Positions 13,340-27,044 of a stretch of DNA of 64,000 nt are shown one piece after another (position 1 is the first letter of the stretch; every line of letters starts with the position of its first letter). Under the pieces are notes generated by a model, which worked only from the letters and a program-made list of their open reading frames with translations, was not told where the DNA came from and made no database searches. The translations under genes and the position numbers were made by a program. Source of the DNA: Octopus bimaculoides (Eukaryota); NCBI RefSeq assembly GCF_001194135.2, contig NC_068983.1:134246462-134310461 (forward strand). The letters run 5' to 3'.

Positions 13340-13846
13340 NNNNNNNNNNNNNNNNNNNNNNNNNNNNNNNNNNNNNNNNNNNNNNNNNNNNNNNNNNNNN
13401 NNNNNNNNNNNNNNNNNNNNNNNNNNNNNNNNNNNNNNNNNNNNNNNNNNNNNNNNNNNNNNNNNNNNNNNNNNNNNNNNNNNNNNNNNNNNNNNNNNNN
13501 NNNNNNNNNNNNNNNNNNNNNNNNNNNNNNNNNNNNNNNNNNNNNNNNNNNNNNNNNNNNNNNNNNNNNNNNNNNNNNNNNNNNNNNNNNNNNNNNNNNN
13601 NNNNNNNNNNNNNNNNNNNNNNNNNNNNNNNNNNNNNNNNNNNNNNNNNNNNNNNNNNNNNNNNNNNNNNNNNNNNNNNNNNNNNNNNNNNNNNNNNNNN
13701 NNNNNNNNNNNNNNNNNNNNNNNNNTGTGTGTGTGTGTGTGTGTGTGTGTGTGTTCGAAGGAAGTATTATGTGTTTTTATTTTTAAATGCATACTAGCTT
13801 TGGTTGTTTTTTTTTAATGTCGTTGGTATTGTGTTCTCTCTCTCTC

Positions 13847-13880
<34 letters not shown>

Positions 13881-14224
13881 CGTGTGTGTGTGTGTGTGTA
13901 CCTGTTTTTAGTTAAGCCACTATCATTTACTAGTTCTCTAACACCGTCATCAAATATCTCTTCTTTATGACGAACCGTGAAAATTTTTTCTTTCTCACAC
14001 ACTATCGAAATACATATTTCTTCTTTTTTTTTTTTTTTTTTNNNNNNNNNNTTTTTTTTTTTTTGTTTTGTTTTATTTCTTCACTATCTTCATCTTTCCC
14101 TTTTTTTCCCCTCTTCTTCTTCTACAACTACTTCTTTTTCTTCTTTTTCCTTCTGCTTCTTCATATTCTTAATTATTTGTCTTTTGTTCTTTGTCACGGA
14201 TCTCTTGTCATTGCTGATATTACT

Positions 14225-14376
14225 ATTATACTACTACTACTACTAATACTACTATTACTACCAACAACAACACCCCATAACAGCAGCGGTAAAAGCAGTA
14301 GCAGTAGTATTTGTTATTACTTTTGTTGTTTTTCTTATGGTTCTTGTTGTTGTTTTTGTCGTTGTTGTTGCTGTTA

Positions 14377-14420
<44 letters not shown>

Positions 14421-14620
14421 GAAGTTGTGTAGCCGTAGCTATTGTTGTTCTTCTTGGTGTTTGTGGTTATGATGACATTGATGATGATGATGATGATGAT
14501 GACATTGATGACGATGATGATCATGACATTGATGACGATGATGACGATGATGATGACGATGATGGCAAGAAATTGGAAGTGGTAGTAGTGGGAGTACTAT
14601 TATCATTGTTATTGTAAACA
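14225..14620. repeat. Compound trinucleotide microsatellite (TAC, TTG, GAT/GAC, TAG blocks)
   Basis: Successive triplet tracts read directly; a similar GTT-GGT-GAT array lies at 23180-23290. Confidence 0.85.
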
Positions 14621-14782
14621 GACACATGCCGACACTCACACATATATAATGCAAATGTTCGAGCATAGGTGCATATAGATTAGCAGTCAAAGACAAATCG
14701 TGTGTATACACAAACATATAAACATTCAATCATATAAACGCATATAACTACACTTACTTTACACTTATTTGCTCGCATATAC

Positions 14783-14861
<79 letters not shown>

Positions 14862-15661
14862 ATGGTTTGCCGTTAAGTTAAATGTTTTTAGGAGGTTAAC
14901 TTTGAAAGTTGCATTCCCTCACTTTCGGTAAATATGTGCTTATTTTTGGTAGTTTTGGCTTATTAAGTCCCTCTAAGCGTGAGGCATTACTATATAGTAA
15001 TTGCCCTTATATAAATTATATATATTTATGGAAAAAAACGATGGGTTTATTTTCCTTATGAGGTTTTTTTCACGCTAACTACTTGATANNNNNNNNNNNN
15101 NNNNNNNNNNNNNNNNNNNNNNNNNNNNNNNNNNNNNNNNNNNNNNNNNNNNNNNNNNNNNNNNNNNNNNNNNNNNNNNNNNNNNNNNNNNNNNNNNNNN
15201 NNNNNNNNNNNNNNNNNNNNNNNNNNNNNNNNNNNNNNNNNNNNNNNNNNNNNNNNNNNNNNNNNNNNNNNNNNNNNNNNNNNNNNNNNNNNNNNNNNNN
15301 NNNNNNNNNNNNNNNNNNNNNNNNNNNNNNNNNNNNNNNNNNNNNNNNNNNNNNNNNNNNNNNNNNNNNNNNNNNNNNNNNNNNNNNNNNNNNNNNNNNN
15401 NNNNNNNNNNNNNNNNNNNNNNNNNNNNNNNNNNNNNNNNNNNNNNNNNNNNNNNNNNNNNNNNNNNNNNNNNNNNNNNNNNNNNNNNNNNNNNNNNNNN
15501 NNNNNNNNNNNNNNNNNNNNNNNNNNNNNNNNNNNNNNNNNNNNNNNNNNNNNNNNNNNNNNNNNNNNNNNNNNNNNNNNNNNNNNNNNNNNNNNNNNNN
15601 NNNNNNNNNNNNNNNNNNNNNNNNNNNNNNNNNNNNNNNNNNNNNNNNNNNNNNNNNNNNN

Positions 15662-15697
<36 letters not shown>

Positions 15698-15711
15698 ACA
15701 TATGTATATAC

Positions 15712-15780
15712 TTTGATACTTTGATAGGTTTCGGGCCGCATTGGCCCAGGCCATGTCTAACTTAATAGCACCACCAGGCA
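15712..15780 (-). mobile_element. Short fragment of the same mariner-like element (5' non-coding region)
   Basis: gatactttgata...tggcccaggccatgtctaacttaatagcaccacc is near-identical to ~38846-38906. Confidence 0.7.
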
Positions 15781-16164
15781 TATGTATATGTGTGTATGTA
15801 TGTGTGTGTATGCATATGTATATATATATGTATATGTATATATATGTATGTAAATATATATACAACCATACAATCATGCATGCATATATATATATATATG
15901 TATGTATGCATGTATGTATACATTCATATGTAGGCTGTCATATGTATTCGTATATTAGACTTGCAGCCATGTAGTGATAGCTATAACTACACCAAATATT
16001 AATCCTGTAATATAAACAGTAGACAAGGCAATAAATTATGAACATAAATTGTTATGTGACATATTTCCGGTATGGACAGGTAGGAATATGGACAGGTAAG
16101 GGAACGTAGGTAGAGAGCTACACAGACAGAAAGACAACGGAGATAGGTAGATAGGTAGACAGAC

Positions 16165-16220
<56 letters not shown>

Positions 16221-16411
16221 GTCAGAAGAAACGAGATTGAGAGGTAGAAAGGAGGAATGTAAGCGAAAATGGGTAGATAGGTAAATGGATGAAGGATATG
16301 TGTGTATACACGTGTGTACGTGTGTGTGTGTGTGTATGCGTGTATGTATGTGCAAGTAGATATAGATATAGTGATGTGTGTGTGTGGATCTATTTATATG
16401 TACATATGCAT

Positions 16412-16442
<31 letters not shown>

Positions 16443-16585
16443 CGCGCGTGCACGCTTATTTTTATTGTTTATATATACAAACGTTTGTGTGTGTGTGTAC
16501 ATGTGTGTGTACATGTGTGTGTACATGTGTGTGTGTGTGTATATATATATATAAATACACGCACACAAACACACACACACACACA

Positions 16586-16616
<31 letters not shown>

Positions 16617-17290
16617 GCGCCGGTGGGCATTTGCGTTTACAAACAGACGCACACGCACACACATACCACACACACACAACCACACACACACACACACAAC
16701 ACACACACACACACAACACACACACACACACACACACATACCACAAACACACGCACACTACACACGCACACACACTTATAATGAGACAAAGACAAACAGC
16801 CAGACTAATAGTAGGTAAGTTGATGGATAGTGAAAGACATTGACAAACGAGCAGTAGGACACACAGATACACAGGCAGACATAAAAGAAGAGAATGGCAA
16901 TCAGATAGGAAAGAGAAAGAAATAGCAGGAGAGATAAGATTGATAATGAAGTGTATGTAATACCTCGAATAATAAAGCAAAAGACAACCATTCATATAAT
17001 CTGAATACCGAATATATAAAACAGGTGAAAATATAAACAAAGGTGAATAAAGATGAACAAAAACGCAGGTAGCTTCTACGCACTTCACACACACACAGAA
17101 ATAGGTGATGTACGCATGCGTGGACAATCGGATTTAGAAATGGTTGCTGGGTTCGCGAGTATTCCCCTTATGCTTAGAAAGTTGCAAGGAACGTCTTTAA
17201 TGTCGCTTTAAGTGGATTTTCGTTTCTCATCTCAAAGATCTTGTGGGGACGAGATCTTCTGAACAATTTTTGTAAATTTATTTTTTCAAA

Positions 17291-17447
<157 letters not shown>

Positions 17448-18320
17448 GCATGCGTGTGTCTATGTATCAAAATGGCGGTTTATAGATGTATTCACTCTTT
17501 ATAGCTTAAACACACATTTCATATAATGTAGGTAATTTTATGAGGAATGTATTTATATATATTTTCTTACACTGTGTTGAGAGGAAATTTTGAACTAAAG
17601 TTATTATAACCTATTATTTTTTATGCTTAACATGACAGTTTAATGACACATTAACATATGAAACGTGAAAAAATCCATGCAGTTTATAAGACAGCATTAT
17701 TCAGACACAAAATGAGGGAAAGATTTGAAAGAAAATACCCTTTTGATACATAATGCAAAGTGGCTGTGAAATATAGTGTATTTGTTATATCGTTTTCACA
17801 GCTTTATTTGTATCAAAAGATTTTCATTTAGATTTTTCCTGTTTTTTTTTTTTTACTTTGTGATATTCTTTCAATGAGGATCCACCTTAATCTTTAATTG
17901 GACTGTGTCAAACCCTAAACCACAACATAGATATGGAAGAGTCTGGAAAGCGTGCACCGCCGCCCACTTAATATGTCTAGAAATTAGCTATTGAAAATTA
18001 ATGGATATCGATATGATATAACTTCTTGTTATTAAAACATTCTCGCTGTATTCTGTTTAAATTTTTATAAATAAATATGTTGGATTTATGTCTATAATTA
18101 TTAATGTGTAATAAATTTGTGTATTAAAACTTGACCATTACGAAAATATATGTTCACCCTTTACGATTAATCAAGTCCCACCGGGAGTAAGTATATTGGC
18201 TACTAGTCTGGAAATGTTTACTAATCATTCCTACAACAGGCATCGTGTTTGCCCACTCGCTATGGCATTTTCCTCTTAAAATAACGAACTTTTTCTGAAT
18301 GATGTTAAGAGCAATAATAT

Positions 18321-18495
18321 AGGATGCAGGCGTGGTCATTTGGTTAACAAGTTCAATTCGTAATATAGTGGTTCCGAGTTTGACACCACTTTATTACGGT
18401 ATCATGGACAAGTTTCTTCTACCATAAGTCCGAGTAGAACCAAGCCCCGTGAGGAAATTTCGGTAGAAATTAAAACTGTTCTAAATCCCGATGGA
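18321..18495 (+). mobile_element. SINE family 2, diverged
   Basis: gcaggcgtggtcatttggttaacaag...ggttccgagtttgacacc...ggtagaaattaaaactg aligns loosely with the reverse complement of 34731-34890. Confidence 0.6.
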
Positions 18496-18958
18496 CTGTA
18501 CTTGTTGAGCAGCGAACTTAACCGGTCGCTTGATTCGACACCATTACCTCGCTCATGGATGCTTTTAGCAGAGACCATTTATTTACAAATATGCAGTCTG
18601 AGAATAACTTGTAAGTTGCTGTTCTTCCCCTCACCTTCTTCCCAGTTTCGGAAGCCATTCTTTCTCTAAACGATAAATATAATTTTTGAGCCAATTTCAC
18701 CATACATAAAATGTTTAGATTTTTAATTTTATTTTTATTTTCTCTTTCTCAATAATCTCCTTGGCAGATACGATGTCTCAACTCTATTGTTGCCAAAACA
18801 CCCCTATCTCATCAGGTATGTCCAGTGCTTAACAATTGGTCTGACCATAAAGTAGGGATTTACATTAGATTTTTCTCTGAATTGTCTTTTCTCACTATTT
18901 TTTAACCTTTCTAACGTATTCTTGTCCAATACACTACCTGTAAAAATTTTAATTTATA

Positions 18959-18996
<38 letters not shown>

Positions 18997-19180
18997 CACA
19001 CACACACACACATATACATACATGCATACATACATACATACATATATATNNNNNNNNNNNNNNNNNNNNNNNNNNNNNNNNNNNNNNNNNNNNNNNNNNN
19101 NNNNNNNNNNNNNNNNNNNNNNNNNNNNNNNNNNNNNNNNNNNNNNNNNNNNTATTATGGCTTATTGCATTATTATTAAT

Positions 19181-19410
19181 GAGGCAGCAAGCTGAGAGAA
19201 TCGTTAGAGTGTCGGATAAAGTGCTTAACGGCATTTCTTCCGGCTCTTTATGTTCTGAGTTCCCATCCCACTGATGTCTGCTTTGCTTTTCGTTGTTTCT
19301 GGGTCGATAAGAACGTACAAGTTAAGTACTGAGGTCGATGAAATCGACAAGCCCCTCCCCACAAATTTCAAGTCTTGTGCCTCAGTAGAAAGGATTATTG
19401 TGATTATTAT
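19181..19410 (+). mobile_element. SINE family 1, diverged copy
   Basis: Aligns with the 10104 and 20365 copies along its length; (ATT)n-like tail. Confidence 0.8.
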
Positions 19411-19419
19411 TTTACAAAA

Positions 19420-20320
19420 CGCTTTTTGAGTAGGAAGGATAGAGTAAAAAGTTTTAGTGCAGTGTTTCCAGAACGAGACATAACAGATTGGTGGAAAAAG
19501 TAAAAGCAGTTGCAAAAAAATTGCAAAAGCAGTCTTCGTTGAAGATGGTGTGCGAATTCAAAATAGCACTCATAATTATACAACTTCTAGAAGAGACAGA
19601 AAAAATAACACATCAGTGGTGTGAGTCTGCCAATCAGATGAATAACCTTTTACAAATGAGATCTACGATGTTTTCGTGCATAGCAGCATAATTGATGTAT
19701 ATATGTGAGCAATACTCCAGTGCGAGCCTTAGCTGAATTTTGTAAATAGATTCAGTATTTATCAAAGTATTTTCTAGATCTGTAGATAATATTTAGCCTC
19801 TGAAGTGTAGTTTTCGAAATCTTATATATTTGAAGTCTCACAAGACACTTGAAGAAATCATCAGGCCAAGCATTTGTTAAGAATGTGAGCATTTAGTTAG
19901 CTGTTCGTTGTACGTGAATAAGGAGAGAGAAGTTTTACAAAATTATTTGCTTGACATTTCTAGAGACTGGTTTTGGGCAATGTTGTCAAGTTCCTAACGG
20001 AGGATGTTTTTGAAGTCGCCATTCATGGGAGGCAACGTATGAGGAACACACATTGTCTACGCCGTGTGCAGATGGCGGTCGTTGTAAGAGAGATTTTGTT
20101 AGAAGTGACAGCATGAAGGTTATTAATGTTCAGAAGAAGAACTTTAGGGCACGAAGTGAACTCTAGAGTGCAATCAGAGCAAACATAATGTAACGCAAAG
20201 AAGGCCATGTCAAGAAGCGGCCATACAAAAAACTTTCTGTCGAAGATGAATAGGTGAAATACAATGGCTAGCAACATAGTCTGAAGGATCTTGTGCTAAA
20301 TTAGGTCAAAGGCTACTCTG
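19420..20320 (-). mobile_element. Highly decayed CR1/L2-type LINE RT 3' fragment
   Basis: Minus-strand QLRLALEYCSHI resembles the CR1/L2 'IRPxLEYCSHIW' motif; upstream HLFIFD resembles 'LFLxFIND'; many stops and frameshifts. Confidence 0.45.
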
Positions 20321-20364
20321 ATTGCAAGTGCAACCACATTGCTTTTGCAGAAGATCTCAAAAAG

Positions 20365-20581
20365 AAGGTGACGAGCTGGCAGAAACGTTAGCAAGCCGGG
20401 CGAAATGCTTAGCGGTATTTCTTCCGGCTCTTTATGTTCTGAGTTCAAATTCCGCCAAGGTCGACTTTACCTTTCGTCCTATCGGGGTTGATAAAATAAG
20501 TACTAGTTGCGTACCGGGGTCGATCTAATCGACTGGCCCCCTCCCCCAAAATTTCAGGCCTTGTGCCTATAGTAGAAAGAA
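20365..20581 (+). mobile_element. SINE family 1 with a 16-bp TSD, inserted beside the CR1/L2 fragment
   Basis: agaagatctcaaaaag (20349-20364) vs agaaaatctcaaaaag (20582-20597), one mismatch. Confidence 0.9.
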
Positions 20582-21249
20582 AGAAAATCTCAAAAAGTTA
20601 GATACTATTTATGCGTGCGTGACGCAGCGAAGCGGTTATCGAAAAGAACTCGTGCTATTAAAGTATCTACGTACAAGAAATCTACAAGAAATCACGGAGT
20701 AAGACATCAGTTTGATAAAGCTAATTAATTTGCAAAAGTCTTCATCGGTCAATAGATATTTGTATCATGTGGGAGTAGGCATACGTGTATGTGTATAAAG
20801 GGGTGGTAGCGATAGACAAAATACTTTTACATTCTTGGTTCATTATCTACTAGGGTCGAATTTGCTGTTTCTTCTTCTGAGTCGCTAAATACTGGATTGG
20901 ACATGATTGACTAAGGCATCTTAGATCAGAAATCAATGTCCTGTGCGTGTAAGGAATCCGAATATTTTAAGAAGACATCAATCGCTAACTGCCACTTTTT
21001 CACGCCACCGCCACTGTAGTCTAGTCTAACTGAGCTTTATAAGCGAGCAGTGTGTTGGTTTACTAATTCCCCGGGCATTTTTATTCTGGCTACTAATACC
21101 TGTAATTAGTCATACTATTGTGACATGTGATGATAGACACACACAAACACACTGACATCATAAGCACACACATAAACAAAACACGCTGTGAAAGAAAAGA
21201 AATACTGTGATACACAGAGATAGAGAAACAATGAGGGAAAGCAAGTGAG

Positions 21250-21286
<37 letters not shown>

Positions 21287-21319
21287 AAACAGCCTCTGAG
21301 TTTTCTCAAAAAATGTAGT

Positions 21320-21360
<41 letters not shown>

Positions 21361-21469
21361 AAAGGACGTGTTATAATACTATTCCATATATACAAAAACA
21401 GCCATACTAGCAATCCAACATACATCCATCATCTGTTTCCCCACGGATATCATTAAGGTTTCGATATAT

Positions 21470-21550
21470 CTTTTATCTTTTACTTGTTTCAGTCATTTGA
21501 TTGTGGCCAAGCTGGGGCACTGCCATGAAGGGTTTTAGTCGAACACATCT
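21470..21550 (-). mobile_element. SINE 3' tail fragment (type 4)
   Basis: cttttacttgtttcagtcatttgattgtggccaagctggggcactgcc, near-identical to 34252-34320. Confidence 0.7.
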
Positions 21551-21605
21551 ATATAACAAATAACGAATATAATTACATATATACATACATACATACATAC
21601 ATACA

Positions 21606-21636
<31 letters not shown>

Positions 21637-21987
21637 TCATACACTACACGTATACAAGATTCTATAGCTATAAGCATCGACGTTTGTTTACTTGTTTTGA
21701 AGCAATGTAGAATTTACCTCCAAATAAAAACTGTCCCACAGTAATGTAGGAAGAAAAAATCTCGAGTTCGAGATCCCTCTAGCGTATAACAGGAAGAATT
21801 TTTTTAAAAAAACAGATGTCGAAAAGCTGTCTTTTGTAAAGGAGTGATAGTAGATCAGAAAGGTGTGAGACGCAGGATATTGGTCACTTTGTTCTTAACT
21901 TCTCTTAAATTATCGCTCTTTCAACATTGCCCTTCAGTTTCTCTGTCTCACTCCATTTCCTTCCCTTTTCACATACACACACATACA

Positions 21988-22021
<34 letters not shown>

Positions 22022-22037
22022 AATGAACAAACACACC

Positions 22038-22068
<31 letters not shown>

Positions 22069-22215
22069 TCAAACACACACATGCACACAAACACACATAC
22101 GCAATCTATTAGCAGTTTATTTTCAAACTTATTAAAGTTCCATATTTATTTGTATGTGCGCCTATATGTTTATATATACATACATATTTGTATGTGTGTG
22201 TGTGTGCGATGTATG

Positions 22216-22540
22216 TATGTCATTGTTAGTTTTATTTCAAGATTTCTTACCAATAGAGAAAGAGCCGGTTTCTAATCTAGATCCAAGGCTCCTTCATTCG
22301 AATTTCAACGTCAACAACAGGGTATGTATGTATATATGTATTATGTATGTATGTATGTATGTATGTATGTGTGTATGTATATATGCATGCATGCATGTAT
22401 GTGTGTATGTATGTATACGTGCATATTTTTATGCTTTTTATGTACGTCTTCTTATGCATATACTTGCATATCTAGACATGCTTATATATACTTAAATGAT
22501 AAACTTCTGGAAAATGTTACAAAGCTTTACAGTTCCAGTA
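22216..22540 (+). repeat. Unclassified (TATG)n-carrying repeat, copy 2
   Basis: Same two unique modules, in the same order and around a TATG tract, as 9331-9661. Confidence 0.8.
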
Positions 22541-23215
22541 ATGGCATGTATATGTGTATGTACGTATGTATGTATGTATGTATGTATGTATGTATGTATG
22601 TATGTATGTTTCTGCTCTTGTAATGCAACAAATCAATATTTTCTATGTTTCTTCAAACCAATGTAAATTAAGGACTCAGAAATAAGTGAAGTTTACCATA
22701 AAATATGCTAAAGTTTTGAAACCCAAGATAACTGGCGGGAGTGTACATCAGAGTCAGTTAATCCAAGAGTGGGTTTCGTAGAATTTCAATGCGATCGATA
22801 GTCGTGAGAAATGGAACAATCATTGTTTTGAACTCTTGTACTTGAGAAAAGAGTAAAAAAAGACGAAGGTTTAGCTGGTTTTGTTATAGGCAGTGAATAA
22901 TTGCAATGGAGAAGAGATATCTGAGGGTGCTCATTCATGACCGTCAGCTTTGCCTACGACGGCTCATCTTTCTCTGTTCTCCATTGAAAAGCACAATCTC
23001 AAAATGTTAATATTTCCACTCCTCTCGGCAATCGAAAACACCGAAAACCCTATTCTGTGTAATATATTCACGTAGCAATAGCAATCGTTTCACTCTGCTT
23101 ATCGTCAAAGTGAGTCACTCTGTTCGACACTGTGAGGAGGTAGTCCAAGTTTCGAAGCTTGTGGTTGAGGTAACAATCATCTTTGTTGTTATTGTTGTTA
23201 CTGTTGTGGTTGTCG

Positions 23216-23247
<32 letters not shown>

Positions 23248-24268
23248 GGTGGTGGTGGTGGTGGTGGTGATGAGGATGATGATGATCCAGCAGATATATA
23301 ATGATAGACATTCAACCATCATCATCATCTCGTCTTTTCAGGACGCAGCATGTCAACGACTTATTCAACATGTCCTCCTTCATAAAGTCTGTGGTGCGAT
23401 TTAAAGATTTAGCTGCTATTTGTAGCAGATCGAGCGACCCCATAGACACGCTTTCATTGGTTTATGAAGCTCCTTCGCTGCTTTGTCCTTTTTACATTTG
23501 CTTTTTAACATCAGAATATAGGCCACTGAGCAAAGCTAAGAGCAAAAACAGCCCAACTCTCACGTCATTTGCTTACAGACAGCTTATCCAATATGACCTC
23601 CCTTTCATTTTTTTAAAAGTTAATAGGTTTAGATTTGAGAGGTATTTGGCTGCCAGTTTAAGGGGAATTTGATTTCCAGGAGTCATCGTTGTTGTTATCG
23701 CCGCCCTCAATATTGATAATGTCATCGTTTTAGTTAGATAACGGAAATAGCAAAATAAATAAGGTATTTTGCAAACCAGTTGTGATTATTTTACGACAAT
23801 TGAACAACATTTTCAGATTCGTCATTATTTTCTAAATAAACAATTTCTAGTGAATGTGATGCACAGAATTGTGTAAATTTCTTAAACGTAATTTTTGTGA
23901 ACAGATAAGTTTGCTTGTCAGTAAACTGACCGCAAAAGAAATATAGAAAGCTTTGTTAGAAGCAAATAAATTCTCGACTAAGGAGTGGTATGTAGTTTTA
24001 TGTGTATATGAATGTAAGTGTATGTAAAAATGTATAAAATGATATATATATATATACATACATACATTCATGCATACATACATAATTGTATGTATGGGTG
24101 TGCATATATAGTTATTCAATCGTCGCTTAAATAATGGCGAGGTTATACACGTCTAAGCACATAAAGACAGGTGTACGCATATATATGTGTGTGTGCGTGT
24201 ATGTATATGTGTGTATGTGCGCGCGCGTGTGTGTATATGAGTGTGTGCGTGTGTGTGTATGTATATAT

Positions 24269-26048
24269 ATTGTCATCAAACCGGCCGAAAAGGGTGGAGC
24301 TGTAGTGTCATGGTGCGCGGACCTTTATAAAGCTGAAGCTCTCCGCCAACTTCAAGACATCTTCTGTTACCCTCTGCACTCCAACCCCACGTGTAACTAC
24401 CAACAGACTTTGTCATCCACTATTCGTGACCTCATTTCCTCCTCCCGTCTCTCTCCTACCTCCTCCAACCTCATTGTCCGTACTCCGCGCATCCCCACTA
24501 TTTACTTCATTCCCAAAGTTCACAAGACAACAATCTTGGCCTCCCCATCGTCTCCGCCTGCAACTACCCCACGGAAATGATCTCCAAATACCTCGACCGT
24601 GTCCTTGCTCCCCTAGTGGCTTCCCTCCCGCATCTACAACACCAACCATGCTCTCTGTCTGGTTAACTCTTTCTCCTTCCCTTCTGGTCCCTCTTAACTT
24701 CTGTTCATTCTTAATATCAAAAGTTTATGTACGATGATCCCACACAACGAAGGACTTCTTGTGCTTAAACACTTTCTAGACCTTCGGCCTGACCCTCAAC
24801 CTGCCACCTCCACACTTCTTCGACTGGTCGAACTTGTCCTCTTCCTCAACTGCTTCTCGTTCGCAGGGGAGTTTTACCAACAAAAATTCGGCTGTGGCCA
24901 TGGGAACGAGAATGGACTTCAGCTATACGAACCTGTTTGTTGGCTACGTTGAGGCTCAAATATTCTCACAATTCACTGGTCCCACTTCTGAGCTATACGG
25001 TCATTATATCGATGACTTTATTGACGCGACCTCACTCCCCCACGAACAACTGGAATCCTTTCTCTCCTTTGTCCAATCTTTCCATCCTGCCCTCAAATTC
25101 TCGTGCACTCTCTCTAACTCTTCTGTTGAATTTCTCGATATTTGTCAACATCCACCACTCCGCTCTCAGAACCCCCATCCACTACAAACTCACTGACTCA
25201 CACTCCTACCTTAACTTCTCCTCTTCCCACCCTACCCACACTGAGCTCTCCTTCTCCTACTCCCAATTCCTCCGTCTACGTAAGCTCTACAATGGCGACC
25301 ATGACTTTCAGACTCAGTCTCAACTCATGACTCGCCACTTCCTCCTACGTAGATATCCCTTCACCATTATCCACACTGCCTTTATCCGGGCACAATCTGT
25401 AGACCGTGCCTCTGCTCTTTCTCCTCATACCCGCCCCACCCATACCCGTCTCCTGTTTCCCCTCACCTACCCCACCTCTACCCTACCCCTCCAACGTACC
25501 ATTCTCTGAGCCTTCCCGCGACTCCAGACCTACCCTTCCACCTCGTACATATTCTCTAACATACCTCTTCCCTCCTTCAAACGAGCCCATAACATGCGTG
25601 ACCTCGTGGTCCACAGTTTCTTCTGTACCCCCGCATCCTAGTCTGGCGCCTTCCCTGCTCCCACTACACTGTCGCACCTCTCCAACACCACCATCGTCAC
25701 AGGCACTCATCACCGTCCTTATCATATCACCGACTCCTTTACATGCACTTCTAGTAATGTCATTTACTGCATCTCCTGCTCTCTCTGTCCTTCTCTGTAC
25801 ATTCGTCGAACAAGATGCCGCTTGGCTGACCAGTTCGTGGAGCACTTCCGGGTCATCAGACTCGGTAATGACACCCGGTCTCGTGCTATTTCCGTTCTAT
25901 CAGTCATTCACTACAACACCTATCTGTTTTCGGACTGTCTCTGCACAGGGGCCACCCGGGCTCCTGTCTACATCGTGAAGAGGAATTAATCTTCTCTCTT
26001 CGTACCTTAGTGCCATATGGGCTCAACTCACCTCCTCTCTTCATTTGA
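24269..26048 (+). mobile_element. Penelope-like retroelement remnant (probably Neptune-type): frameshifted RT plus GIY-YIG endonuclease
   Basis: PLE motifs in order across frames: IVIKPAEKGGAVVSW, IYFIPKVHK, AMGTRMDFSYTNLFVG, YIDD, HYKLTDSHSYLNFSSSHP, YSQFLRLRKL, CTSSNVIYCISCSLCPSLYI..T...L...F.EH, C-terminal EELIFSLRTLVPYGLN then TGA at 26046-26048. 5'-truncated at a TG/TA microsatellite. Confidence 0.92.
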
Positions 26049-26699
26049 CACCAATCCGACACGGATTCCCACTCACCTCCCACACTCTCCACCTACACAC
26101 CCGCATACCACCCACCTCGGTACCTTCACCCACACTACCACTATACATACACCCATACACACCGTCCACTCCTCACTCATTTCACACGCCATTACACACA
26201 CACACAAAACACCTTCCCACTCCACACACACTTCTCAGTAGTCACACACACTGCTTAACTCAGTACAACACCACACACCATCATGCATACTCCCACACCC
26301 ACACAAGCACATAATACCTGAACACAGACAATATATACACATACACACGCAATACACATAAACACACGCAACACACATAGACAAAGAAAACTTTCGTCTA
26401 CATACATGTATTATACACATACACACTATTTGGTCACAGTGACACACACACACACACACACACACATACACACACTACGTGAAAAAGCACACATCAACTG
26501 CTGCACACAACACACACACGTCACACATGCATATACGTCAAACTCACTCGTTCCCATTCGCCCATACACACTTACTCACATACACCTTTCTCACATGCAT
26601 AGACACATCTAGCACACTTCCTCTTGTTGAGATCACCGTGAATTATCTCCCTTTCATCCAACCCCTTTTTCTTTCAAATCACTCGCCATGCTGGACCAC

Positions 26700-26870
26700 T
26701 GAACACGACACGTTTTTCTTCACCCTCTCTCTATTTATTTCTTGTTATTTCTTTCTGTCGAAGAGCGTGGGCTCGGAGGGTAAAAGACATTTCTGTTTTT
26801 CCCGAGCATCAAATTAATACACTTGCTTGTTGTTCCTACACCTGTCTTCGTATTTGTTTTTTATTAAAAT
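26700..26870 (+). mobile_element. 3' terminal repeat of the PLE with a decayed hammerhead-like motif (26750-26787)
   Basis: tctttctgtcgaagagcgtgggctcggagggtaaaaga aligns with the 34644-34680 motif but GAAAC has decayed to GGAGG; same strand as the PLE ORF; separated from it by ~550 bp of CA-rich low-complexity DNA. Confidence 0.6.
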
Positions 26871-26880
26871 TAAAATACAT

Positions 26881-27016
26881 TACTTAATTTATAGACCCCG
26901 AAAGGGATGAAAAGCAGAGTCGACCTCGGCGGAATTTGAACGCAAAACCTAAAGGCGGACGAAGTACAGCTAAACGTTTTTCCCGGCGTACTGACGATTC
27001 TGCTGCTCACCGCTTT
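26881..27016 (-). mobile_element. SINE family 1, 3'-truncated, minus strand
   Basis: Reverse complement of head and core (gtcgacctcggcggaatttgaa ... tcaccgcttt). Confidence 0.85.
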
Positions 27017-27044
27017 CATTGCTCTTAATGTTATGCTAAAATAT

